From positions 2,134 through 66,133 of the forward strand of contig CALRAE010000002.1 in the NCBI GenBank assembly GCA_943350445.1: DNA of 64,000 bases, given 5' to 3'. Below are positions 1 through 8,000 of the stretch, piece by piece. The notes under the pieces were generated by a model that saw only the letters and a program-made list of their open reading frames with translations, was not told where the DNA came from and did no database searches. The DNA comes from Candidatus Nomurabacteria bacterium (GTDB taxonomy: Bacteria; Patescibacteriota; Minisyncoccia; Phycocordibacterales; UBA9973). The translations under genes and the position numbers were made by a program. Each line of letters begins with the position of its first letter. The stretch's first letter is position 1.

Positions 1-333
1 GTAGTGGAAAGTCCAGAACATGAAGTAAGTGTGAAAAGTTTAAAGTTTTTTGGAATAAAGAAAATAAGTGCAAGAAAATTCTTAGAAAATATAGAGCACA
101 GAATTCAAAAAGTAAAAGGGGATTTCAGACAGAAAGAAATTTTAAAAATTTGGCACAAGGAACTAAATAAAAAAACACTTAAAAGTTTCTTTGTGGCTGA
201 TTTTCATATCAAATGTGGTAGTGGCACTTATGTACGGGGGATAGCCGACTCTTTAGGTGGGCGTATTGGTATACCATCCTTAGCTTTTTCCATTCAAAGG
301 ACAAAAATTGGCAACTGGGGCCAAGTAGAGTAG
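1..333 (+). CDS. truB: tRNA pseudouridine(55) synthase TruB, C-terminal fragment (5' end lies outside the window)
   Basis: ORF 4..333 is open to the window edge. The motif CGSGTYVRGIADSLG resembles the TruB C-terminal region. Confidence 0.45.
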   Translation, partial: VVESPEHEVSVKSLKFFGIKKISARKFLENIEHRIQKVKGDFRQKEILKIWHKELNKKTLKSFFVADFHIKCGSGTYVRGIADSLGGRIGIPSLAFSIQRTKIGNWGQVE

Positions 334-342
334 AATACAACA

Positions 343-1260
343 ATGATTGCAGCAATTTTTACAATTATAGGGTTGGTTCTTTTTGAAACAGTTTCGTCTG
401 TAGATAATGCAATAATCAATGCCGAAGTGCTTTCTACAATGGGGAAACGTGCCCGGAGATGGTTTTTAACCTGGGGTATGTTTATTGCAGTATTTCTAGT
501 GCGTGGACTTTTGCCGTTTTTAATAATTTGGGCTTTTAACACATCACTTAGCCCAATGCAGATTCTATCAGCTGCTTGGTCTAATGATCCCTTGGTTCTG
601 GAGTCTATAGAAAAATCAGCGCCTATTCTACTTGTTGCTGGTGGGGTGTTTCTTTTATTTTTATTTTTACATTGGCTCTTTCTGGAAGAAAAGCATTTAG
701 GGCTTCCAAGAGCGGAGAAATTCTTCATGTCTAAGGGGGTTTGGTTTTACGCTATTGTGTCTATTTTACTTGCAGTTATTGCATGGTTTGCATTACAAGA
801 AAGTAATTTGATGGGTTTTGGCGCGGTAGTAGGGTCAAGCCTATTTTTTATTACTCATGGTTTTAAACAAAATGCTGAAGAGCAAGAGAGAAAATTGCTT
901 GGCAGCGCGCATTCAGATTTGAGCAAACTTTTCTTTCTGGAGATAATTGATACGACCTTCTCTATTGATGGAGTGTTGGGAGCTTTTGCATTTACTTTAT
1001 CTGTGCCGTTGATTCTAATTGGTAACGGTATTGGGGCACTTGTTGTTCGTCAAGTAACTATTGGTAATATTGAAAGAATAAAAAAATATGTATATTTAAA
1101 AAATGGAGCTATGTATTCTGTTCTTGTTTTGGGGGTGGTGATGATATTTCATAGTTTTGGTGTGCATATACCAGAATGGCTTTCTCCATCAGCGACTCTT
1201 TTAATAATTGGATTTTTCTTCTGGAAATCCAAAATGCATTTCAAGACGAACTTAAGTTAA
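343..1260 (+). CDS. TerC/DUF475-family integral membrane protein
   Basis: Polytopic membrane ORF of 305 aa with the SVDNAI motif typical of the TerC family. Confidence 0.45.
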   Translation: MIAAIFTIIGLVLFETVSSVDNAIINAEVLSTMGKRARRWFLTWGMFIAVFLVRGLLPFLIIWAFNTSLSPMQILSAAWSNDPLVLESIEKSAPILLVAGGVFLLFLFLHWLFLEEKHLGLPRAEKFFMSKGVWFYAIVSILLAVIAWFALQESNLMGFGAVVGSSLFFITHGFKQNAEEQERKLLGSAHSDLSKLFFLEIIDTTFSIDGVLGAFAFTLSVPLILIGNGIGALVVRQVTIGNIERIKKYVYLKNGAMYSVLVLGVVMIFHSFGVHIPEWLSPSATLLIIGFFFWKSKMHFKTNLS

Positions 1261-1273
1261 GTTTAATAAAATC

Positions 1274-4267
1274 ATGAACAACTCCAAGAAAAAATTTGAG
1301 CAGGAGTATAAAAATTTAAACAAAGCACAAAAAGATGCCGTGGATAGTGTCGACGGTCCAGTCATGGTGGTGGCGGGTCCAGGTACTGGCAAGACGCAGA
1401 TCTTGGCATTACGTATAGCAAATATTTTAAACAAAACTGACTCCAAACCAGAAGATATATTGGCTTTGACTTTTACAAATGCTGGGGTTATATCAATGCG
1501 GGAACGTTTGCAGAAAATAATAGGTGATGCGGCATATCGTATAAATATTTTTACATTCCATTCTTTTTGTGAAAATACGATTAAAGAGCTCCCGTTTTAT
1601 TTTAAGAAATTTATTGGAGCGCGTGTATTAAATGATCTCGAGCGTATAGAAATCTTGGAAAAAATTATAAGAGCCAATAATTTTACTGAACTTACCACAT
1701 TTAATGACGAATTTTATTTCTTAAAAGATATTGTTAGAGCGATAAATAATATTAAAAAAGAAGGTTTGTCTCCAAAGCAGTTTGAAGAATCGATTCCAAG
1801 ATGGCGCAACATCTTACTTTCGCACGAAGATGTCTTTTATAAGAGGGATTATGGTGAATACAAAAAGGGTCAAATAAAACCTGCGGAAAAAGAAAAGATA
1901 GAGCACAAAATAGCTAAAGTGAATGAAATGGTCACGATTTTTACTCTCTATCAGAAAGAATTAGATAAGCTGGGAAGGTATGATTTTAGTGATATGATAT
2001 TGTCTGTCTTGGCTGAGTTGGAGGTAAATAAGAATCTTAAAGCTGACCTATCAGAGAAATTTCAGTATTTTTTGGTTGATGAACATCAAGATACGAATAG
2101 TGGACAGAATAGGCTAATTGAACTCTTGACAGACGCTCCACACTTAGAGGGTAAGGCCAATATTTTCGCAGTGGGGGATGAAAAGCAATCTATTTACCGT
2201 TTTCAGGGAGCGAGTCGAGAAACTTTTAGAAATTTTGAAAGTTTGTATAAAGATATTAAACACATAACTCTTTCAGAAAATTATCGTTCCACTCAAAATA
2301 TATTAGATGCAGCGACTTCTCTTATTAAGCATAATACAGAACTTGGTGATACAGAAAGACTAAATTCAAATCAAGAAAAAAATGACAAGGTTATGGTTCG
2401 TGAATTTTCTAATTACAAATTTGAGCTTCTTTTTTTAGCAGAAGATATAAAGAATAAAATCATCAAAGGCGTAAAGCCGAGCGACATAGCTGTGATTTAT
2501 CGGGCACATAAATATGTTTATGATATAAAATCTGTTTTCGATCACAGGCAGATACCTTATACAATTTTATCAAAGGGTAATGTATTGAATGATCCAAATA
2601 TTAGAAACCTAATCACCATTTTACGGGTTGTGCATAATCCGAACGACGAAGAATCTCTAGGTAAGGCCCTTTTTATAAATTTTTTAGGATTAGATGCATA
2701 TGATTCCGTACGCATTTTAGAGAAATTCCGTCGTATTCGTACTGATGGCAAGAAGCACATTTTTGCCATTATTGAGAATAAGAAAAATTTACAGGATACT
2801 GAAGTAGTACATGCAGGAGACTTTATTGCTTTTGCAGAACTTATTAAAAAATTAAAAATTGAATCTACTCAAGGAGATTTTCCGAATTTCTTCAAGTCTT
2901 TTCTGGAGAGTAGTGGTTATCTAAAAGAAATGCTAGGCGCTCTCGACGGGCAAGATCGATTATTAAAAATAGATAAACTTTTTGATGAGATCAAAAAACA
3001 AGCGGGTGAGAGAGCGGATTATGGGTTGTCTAATTTTATCTATTTTGTTGATGCGTTTCTGAAATATAATCTTGATGTTGAATCAAATGCACCAGAAATA
3101 GTTGAAGGTGTAAATTTAATGACTGCTCATGGTTCCAAAGGTCGTGAATTTGAACATGTGTATATCATAAATACCGTCCGGCGTGGCTGGGAGGGTAGTG
3201 GTTCTTCGAGTGCTATCGATCTGCCGATTGAGGAATATGAAGGAGATACTGAAGATGAAAGGCGTCTTTTTTATGTGGCTATAACTCGTGCCAAATATAA
3301 ACTCGATATTTCTTATTCTAATTCAGATAATGATGGTCGCCTCAATGAACCTTCAGAGTTTTTAGCTGAGATTGATGATGCTTATTTAGCTAAAGAAAAT
3401 ATGGTGCAATTTGAAGAAAAGAATTTAGGACAACTTTTTGATTTTATTTCCCCGAATAAGTCCTTAAAATCACTTTATCAAGCAGACTACTTGAGAGAAA
3501 TTTTCTTTCGTCGCACATTAAACGTTTCTGCTTTAAATAATTATCTATCTTGTCCATTAAGGTATTTTTATAAAAATTTATTACAGATTCCTTCGAGTTA
3601 TGAATCCAGACTTGAGTTTGGTAGCTCTATTCATGAATCCCTAGAAGAATTTTTTGCACATTCACGTGATGCAGGGGAAATTTTACCAAAGAAAGAATTA
3701 CTAAAAATATTTAATGAGCTTTTAAATAATAAATCTTTTACTGAAAAAGAAGCAAGTAAATTTAAGACAAGAGGTGAGGAATTGCTTTCCGAGTATTATG
3801 ATGAGCATGCATCAAGTTGGACACATAAAGTAGACCTAGAAAAATATATCAAGAGAGATTTTAAGACTGAACATGGGGAATCTATAACCATTAGTGGCAA
3901 AATAGACAAAATTGAATACTTGGAGGATCTGTTTGGTGGTAAGGTAAATATTATAGATTATAAAACAGGTAGGAGTTTTTCTGAGAAATCTAAAGAAGAA
4001 AAGAAAGATTATGAGAGGCAGATTGTTTTTTACCACCTACTTCTTGATGATTATGACGGTAATTTTAAGATAAATAAAAGCGTTTTAGATTTTGTGGAGA
4101 AAAACAAAAAAGGAAAATTTGAACAGCATTCATTCTTAGTTACAAAAGAAAACTTGGATGAGTTGAAAAGAGAAATAAACCAGTGTATACGAGAAGTCTT
4201 GTCTTTGGAATTTCTTAAAAAGGGTTGCGGGAAGCGTGATTGTGAATGGTGTAGTTTGAGCAAGTAG
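1274..4267 (+). CDS. UvrD/PcrA-family ATP-dependent DNA helicase fused to a C-terminal PD-(D/E)XK (RecB/AddA-like) nuclease domain
   Basis: Walker A VVAGPGTGKTQ. UvrD motifs (LVDEHQDTN, SIYRFQGA, TAHGSKGREF). C-terminal DYKTG...Y..Q..Y nuclease motifs and a terminal Cys cluster CGKRDCEWC. Confidence 0.7.
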   Translation: MNNSKKKFEQEYKNLNKAQKDAVDSVDGPVMVVAGPGTGKTQILALRIANILNKTDSKPEDILALTFTNAGVISMRERLQKIIGDAAYRINIFTFHSFCENTIKELPFYFKKFIGARVLNDLERIEILEKIIRANNFTELTTFNDEFYFLKDIVRAINNIKKEGLSPKQFEESIPRWRNILLSHEDVFYKRDYGEYKKGQIKPAEKEKIEHKIAKVNEMVTIFTLYQKELDKLGRYDFSDMILSVLAELEVNKNLKADLSEKFQYFLVDEHQDTNSGQNRLIELLTDAPHLEGKANIFAVGDEKQSIYRFQGASRETFRNFESLYKDIKHITLSENYRSTQNILDAATSLIKHNTELGDTERLNSNQEKNDKVMVREFSNYKFELLFLAEDIKNKIIKGVKPSDIAVIYRAHKYVYDIKSVFDHRQIPYTILSKGNVLNDPNIRNLITILRVVHNPNDEESLGKALFINFLGLDAYDSVRILEKFRRIRTDGKKHIFAIIENKKNLQDTEVVHAGDFIAFAELIKKLKIESTQGDFPNFFKSFLESSGYLKEMLGALDGQDRLLKIDKLFDEIKKQAGERADYGLSNFIYFVDAFLKYNLDVESNAPEIVEGVNLMTAHGSKGREFEHVYIINTVRRGWEGSGSSSAIDLPIEEYEGDTEDERRLFYVAITRAKYKLDISYSNSDNDGRLNEPSEFLAEIDDAYLAKENMVQFEEKNLGQLFDFISPNKSLKSLYQADYLREIFFRRTLNVSALNNYLSCPLRYFYKNLLQIPSSYESRLEFGSSIHESLEEFFAHSRDAGEILPKKELLKIFNELLNNKSFTEKEASKFKTRGEELLSEYYDEHASSWTHKVDLEKYIKRDFKTEHGESITISGKIDKIEYLEDLFGGKVNIIDYKTGRSFSEKSKEEKKDYERQIVFYHLLLDDYDGNFKINKSVLDFVEKNKKGKFEQHSFLVTKENLDELKREINQCIREVLSLEFLKKGCGKRDCEWCSLSK

Positions 4268-4304
4268 CTCTAGATAATTTTCTGTTTTCTGTTAGTATTT
4301 TACT

Positions 4305-5348
4305 ATGTTCAAGAAAGTTAACACTAAATCCAAAGAAGAGCTTTTGCATGAATTACAGGAAGAAAACTTTCAGCGCAAAACCCTTTCATTTTATCGCTAT
4401 GTGAAGATTTCTGATCCTCTTGCCATGCGAAATAAGCTTTTTGATAAATTTGAAGAATTAAAGTGTTTGGGGAGAATTTACATTGCAGAAGAAGGTATAA
4501 ACGCTCAGATGAATGTGCCTGAACACAACTGGCAGGCTTTTGATAAATTTATACAAAGTATCGAGGAGTTTGCTGGAGTGCTGTACAAAATGGCAGTCGA
4601 AGAAAAGGGTGCATCCAGTTTCATAAAGCTTATAATTAAGGTTCGTCCGAAGATTGTTGCCGATGGACTCAATGATAAAACTTTCAATCCGGCGGATACA
4701 GGGGATTATACTACTGCTAAAGATGTAAATGATATGATCGATCGTGGGGTGACCGTGATAGATATGAGGAATTTTTATGAAGCAATGATTGGCCATTTTG
4801 AGGGTGCAAAAATAATGGATGTGGATACGTTTCGTGAACAACTCGGGAAAGTGCACGATATGTTTACAAAAAAGAAGGATGAGGAAGTTTTACTCTATTG
4901 TACTGGAGGTATTCGTTGTGAAAAAGCTTCTGCTTGGATGAAACACAATGGTTTCAAGAATGTGAAACATATCAAGGGCGGTATTATTGATTATGCACGT
5001 CAAGTGAAAGAGATGGGGTTGCAAAATAAATTTCGTGGCAGGAATTTCGTTTTTGATGAGAGACTTAGTGAAAAGGTTGGGGATGAGGTGATAGCTACTT
5101 GTCAGATTTGTGAAAAACTAAAGTCCGATGATTATATTCATTGTAAAAATTTGCTTTGCCATATTTTATTTATCTGCTGTCAAAATTGTACGAGCAAGTT
5201 GAAGGGTTATTGTTCAGGCTTGTGTATGCTCAGTGAGAAATTCCCAAAGAGATTGAATCAATTTATTTTCCGTAAAAATCTTCAGAAGCACGAAAATTAT
5301 TATAAAAAGAATTATAAGAAACTAAAAATAAATACGGGAGTTAGGTAG
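4305..5348 (+). CDS. trhO: Rhodanese-domain tRNA U34 hydroxylase TrhO/YceA (UPF0176) with a Cys-rich C-terminal tail
   Basis: N-terminal UPF0176 region (LSFYRYVKISDP...GRIYIAEEGINAQ). Rhodanese active-site loop CTGGIRCEKAS. Cys-rich C-terminus. Confidence 0.6.
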   Translation: MFKKVNTKSKEELLHELQEENFQRKTLSFYRYVKISDPLAMRNKLFDKFEELKCLGRIYIAEEGINAQMNVPEHNWQAFDKFIQSIEEFAGVLYKMAVEEKGASSFIKLIIKVRPKIVADGLNDKTFNPADTGDYTTAKDVNDMIDRGVTVIDMRNFYEAMIGHFEGAKIMDVDTFREQLGKVHDMFTKKKDEEVLLYCTGGIRCEKASAWMKHNGFKNVKHIKGGIIDYARQVKEMGLQNKFRGRNFVFDERLSEKVGDEVIATCQICEKLKSDDYIHCKNLLCHILFICCQNCTSKLKGYCSGLCMLSEKFPKRLNQFIFRKNLQKHENYYKKNYKKLKINTGVR

Positions 5349-5380
5349 ATTTTACGGTTTATTTTTGTTATATTACCTAA

Positions 5381-6157
5381 ATGAACAAAGGCACAGAGCA
5401 TCCGCTTTCTATACTGGCAAATCAAGCTTACGATGCTTTTTCAGATATGGGTTTCGAAATTGCGACTGGTCCAGAGTTGGAGAGTGATTGGTATAATTTC
5501 TATGTTTTAAATTTCCCAAAAGATCATCCAGCGCTTGACATGCAGGACACGTTTTGGATTAAAAATAGCAAAGATTTGGCGAAGAATTCTCCCGACTTCG
5601 CCCCCCTAGACAAGAGGACAGGGGACCAACACGACTCCTTGAATTCTTCGCCAAATCTTGTGCTACGGACTCACACTACGACTGTGACTGCGCGATCTCT
5701 AGAGAAGGCTGGTAAAGATGGCAGATTACCTGCAGCTTTCATATCAATTGGAAAAGTTTTCAGAAATGAGGCGACGGATATAACTCATGAGATGCAATTT
5801 TTCCAGATAGATGGAGCGATGGTGGGAGAAAATATTTCTATTGCTGACTTGAAGGGTGTATTGACTAAATTTTATAAAAAAATGCTTGGCGAAGAGATAG
5901 AAATAGAATTTCGTCCAAGCTTTTTCCCTTTTACTGAGCCTTCAATTGAAGTGTTTGCTAAATTTAAAGGGCATTGGCTCGAGATGATGGGTGCAGGAAT
6001 GCTCCATCCAAATGTGTTACGGAATATTGGCCTCGATCCATCTAAGGTGCAAGGTTTCGCTTTTGGTGGAGGACTCGACCGTATCGCCATGATCAAATGG
6101 AATATTTCTGACGTGAGACTTTTTTATCAGGGAGATTTAAGGCTCAACCAGTTTTAA
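5381..6157 (+). CDS. pheS: Phenylalanine--tRNA ligase alpha subunit, compact form, carrying an in-frame ~85-bp palindromic insertion
   Basis: Class II motifs LRTHTT and FRPSFFPFTEPSIEV. 258 aa, no N-terminal extension. Extra ~29 aa between DTFWI and LVLRTHTT coincide with the family A element. Confidence 0.85.
   Translation: MNKGTEHPLSILANQAYDAFSDMGFEIATGPELESDWYNFYVLNFPKDHPALDMQDTFWIKNSKDLAKNSPDFAPLDKRTGDQHDSLNSSPNLVLRTHTTTVTARSLEKAGKDGRLPAAFISIGKVFRNEATDITHEMQFFQIDGAMVGENISIADLKGVLTKFYKKMLGEEIEIEFRPSFFPFTEPSIEVFAKFKGHWLEMMGAGMLHPNVLRNIGLDPSKVQGFAFGGGLDRIAMIKWNISDVRLFYQGDLRLNQF
5573..5657. repeat. Family A palindromic element, copy 1, in frame inside pheS. The core is shared with the mnmA copy and is flanked by a perfect 18-bp inverted repeat AGATTTGGCGAAGAATTC/GAATTCTTCGCCAAATCT
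   Basis: Direct comparison with 59729..59825. The shared core is AATTCTCCC..TTCGCCC..GACAAGAGGACAGGGGACC.ACACG.CTCCTTGAATTCTT. Local GC is far above background. Confidence 0.7.
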
Positions 6158-6158
6158 T

Positions 6159-7976
6159 ATGAAAATTTCTTACAATTGGCTTAAATGGTACGTGCCCGAT
6201 GTTCCAACTGCAGATAAACTCGTAGATATTTTTAATTATCATCTGTGTGAAGTTGAGAGTATTGAAAAAAGAGAAGACGGAGATATAATTCTTGATTTAA
6301 AAATATTACCAAATCGTGCGCATGACCTCCTTTCTCATCAAGGAGTGGCTCGAGAGCTTGCTTCACTTTTGAATATTGCATACGTTGATCCAACGCCGAA
6401 ATATAAAATTCCGGAATCCAAAACAACTAAACTAGAAGTAAAAATTGATACAGGAAACTGCCGTCGTTACATGGGTAGAATAATCAAAAATGTGAAGGTC
6501 GGACCAACACCCGACTGGGTGGTGCAACATTTAGCATCAATAGGTCAAAGAAGTATAAATAACATAGTAGATGCGGCAAACATCGTCATGTTCGACTGTG
6601 GACAGCCAACGCATGCTTTTGATCTAGATAAAGTTCAGGGTGGAGTAGTAGTGAGAGAAGCAAAAGACGGAGAGGCTCTGAACACACTTGATAACAAAGC
6701 AGTAACTTTTAAAAATTCCAATGTCATTATTGCTGATTCTAAAAATACTCTCGCAATTGCTGGAATCAAGGGTGGGAAAATAGCAGAGGTTGATAATAAT
6801 ACAAAAAATATAATTCTAGAATGCGCTAATTTCGACTCGATATCTGTGCGTAAAACTGCTCAAGCCTTAAATATTTTTACAGACGCTCGAAAACGTTTTG
6901 AGAACGATCTATCTCCAGAATTAGCTCCATATGCTATGCGAGAGCTATCTTCTTTAATTTTTGAGATGTGTCCTGAGGCAACTTTTGAAGATATCGTGGA
7001 TATATATCCAAAGAAACAAGAATCAAGAAAGCTTTCTTTTTCTACCGATAGAGTTTCAAAAATTTTGGGTTTGAAAGTTTCCGTAGATGAGATAAAAGAT
7101 ATTTTAAAGAGATATTTGTTTGAGTATGCAGAAAAAGCAGGGAAGTTTGAGATTGTGGTGCTAACAATGCGCCTCGATTTAACTATTGAAGAAGATATGG
7201 CAGAAGAAATAGTCCGAATCCTTGGATATGACAAGGTTAAAGGAGATATTCCAAAGATAAATTTTAAACCGCAGGTAAATAAAACTCGGGCAAAGATAAT
7301 GTGGGCGAGGAATAAACTGCTGGCTGAGGGATATAGCGAGGCCATGACATATGCTTTTTGCAATAAAGGGGAAGTGGAAGTGCAAAATAGCGCTTCAGAC
7401 AAAAAGTTCTTGAGGACTAATCTGTCGGACGGATTAAAAGAAAGCATTAAGCTCAATCAATTGAATGCTCCATTTTTGGGAAGTGATAAAGTTCAAGTTT
7501 TTGAAATTGGCACTGTTTTCAAAAAATCTGGCGAAGAAATGCATGTGGCTTTTGGAGATAAAAAGGGGGTTAAAGAGATGAAGCTAGATGAATTTATTTC
7601 ACCACCTCGCCTTTCAGGCTCTCCTCCTCAGAAAGGAGGAGAGGAATTTCCTCCCCAATTTGGTAAGGAGGGGGCAGGGGGTGGTAATTTCAAAATGTGG
7701 TCTCTATTTCCTTTTATCGCCCGTGATGTGGCTGTGTGGGTGCCGGAGAATATAAAAAGTGCGGAAGTCCTAAAAGTCATAAAAGAAAATACAGGGGATA
7801 TGGTTATCCGCGGGCCGGAACTTTTTGATGAATTCAAGAAAGATGGGAAAGTTTCCTATGCGTTTAGAATGGTTTTCCAGTCGTATGACAGGACTCTGAC
7901 AGATGCAGAAACAAACGAAATAATGGCAAAAATAACTAGTAAGATTAAAGAAAATAACGGTTGGCAAGTGAGGTAG
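6159..7976 (+). CDS. pheT: Phenylalanine--tRNA ligase beta subunit, short form lacking the N-terminal tRNA-binding domain, with an in-frame G/P/E-rich insertion
   Basis: B3/4 and B5 regions (DLTIEEDMAEEIVRILGYDKV). C-terminal FDX-ACB segment (FPFIARDVAVWVPENI). Insert SPPRLSGSPPQKGGEEFPPQFGKEGAGGGNFK coincides with the family B element. Confidence 0.8.
   Translation: MKISYNWLKWYVPDVPTADKLVDIFNYHLCEVESIEKREDGDIILDLKILPNRAHDLLSHQGVARELASLLNIAYVDPTPKYKIPESKTTKLEVKIDTGNCRRYMGRIIKNVKVGPTPDWVVQHLASIGQRSINNIVDAANIVMFDCGQPTHAFDLDKVQGGVVVREAKDGEALNTLDNKAVTFKNSNVIIADSKNTLAIAGIKGGKIAEVDNNTKNIILECANFDSISVRKTAQALNIFTDARKRFENDLSPELAPYAMRELSSLIFEMCPEATFEDIVDIYPKKQESRKLSFSTDRVSKILGLKVSVDEIKDILKRYLFEYAEKAGKFEIVVLTMRLDLTIEEDMAEEIVRILGYDKVKGDIPKINFKPQVNKTRAKIMWARNKLLAEGYSEAMTYAFCNKGEVEVQNSASDKKFLRTNLSDGLKESIKLNQLNAPFLGSDKVQVFEIGTVFKKSGEEMHVAFGDKKGVKEMKLDEFISPPRLSGSPPQKGGEEFPPQFGKEGAGGGNFKMWSLFPFIARDVAVWVPENIKSAEVLKVIKENTGDMVIRGPELFDEFKKDGKVSYAFRMVFQSYDRTLTDAETNEIMAKITSKIKENNGWQVR
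7598..7692. repeat. Family B palindromic element, composite copy, in frame inside pheT. CTCCTCCTcagaaAGGAGGAG plus CCTCCCCaatttggtaAGGAGGGGG, with outer arms TCACCACC / GGGGGTGGTAA
   Basis: Nested perfect palindromes seen directly. The GGGGGTGGTAATT tail is shared with the mnmA copy. Confidence 0.65.
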
Positions 7977-8000
7977 AATTTGCTATAATATCTCTACATT

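Noticed and set aside
7598-7692. AAGGAGGGG cores of the family B elements as Shine-Dalgarno sequences or hidden internal translation starts
   Set aside because: The copies lie in frame inside long conserved CDSs or ~80 nt from the nearest start. No in-frame ATG/GTG at the right spacing follows any copy.
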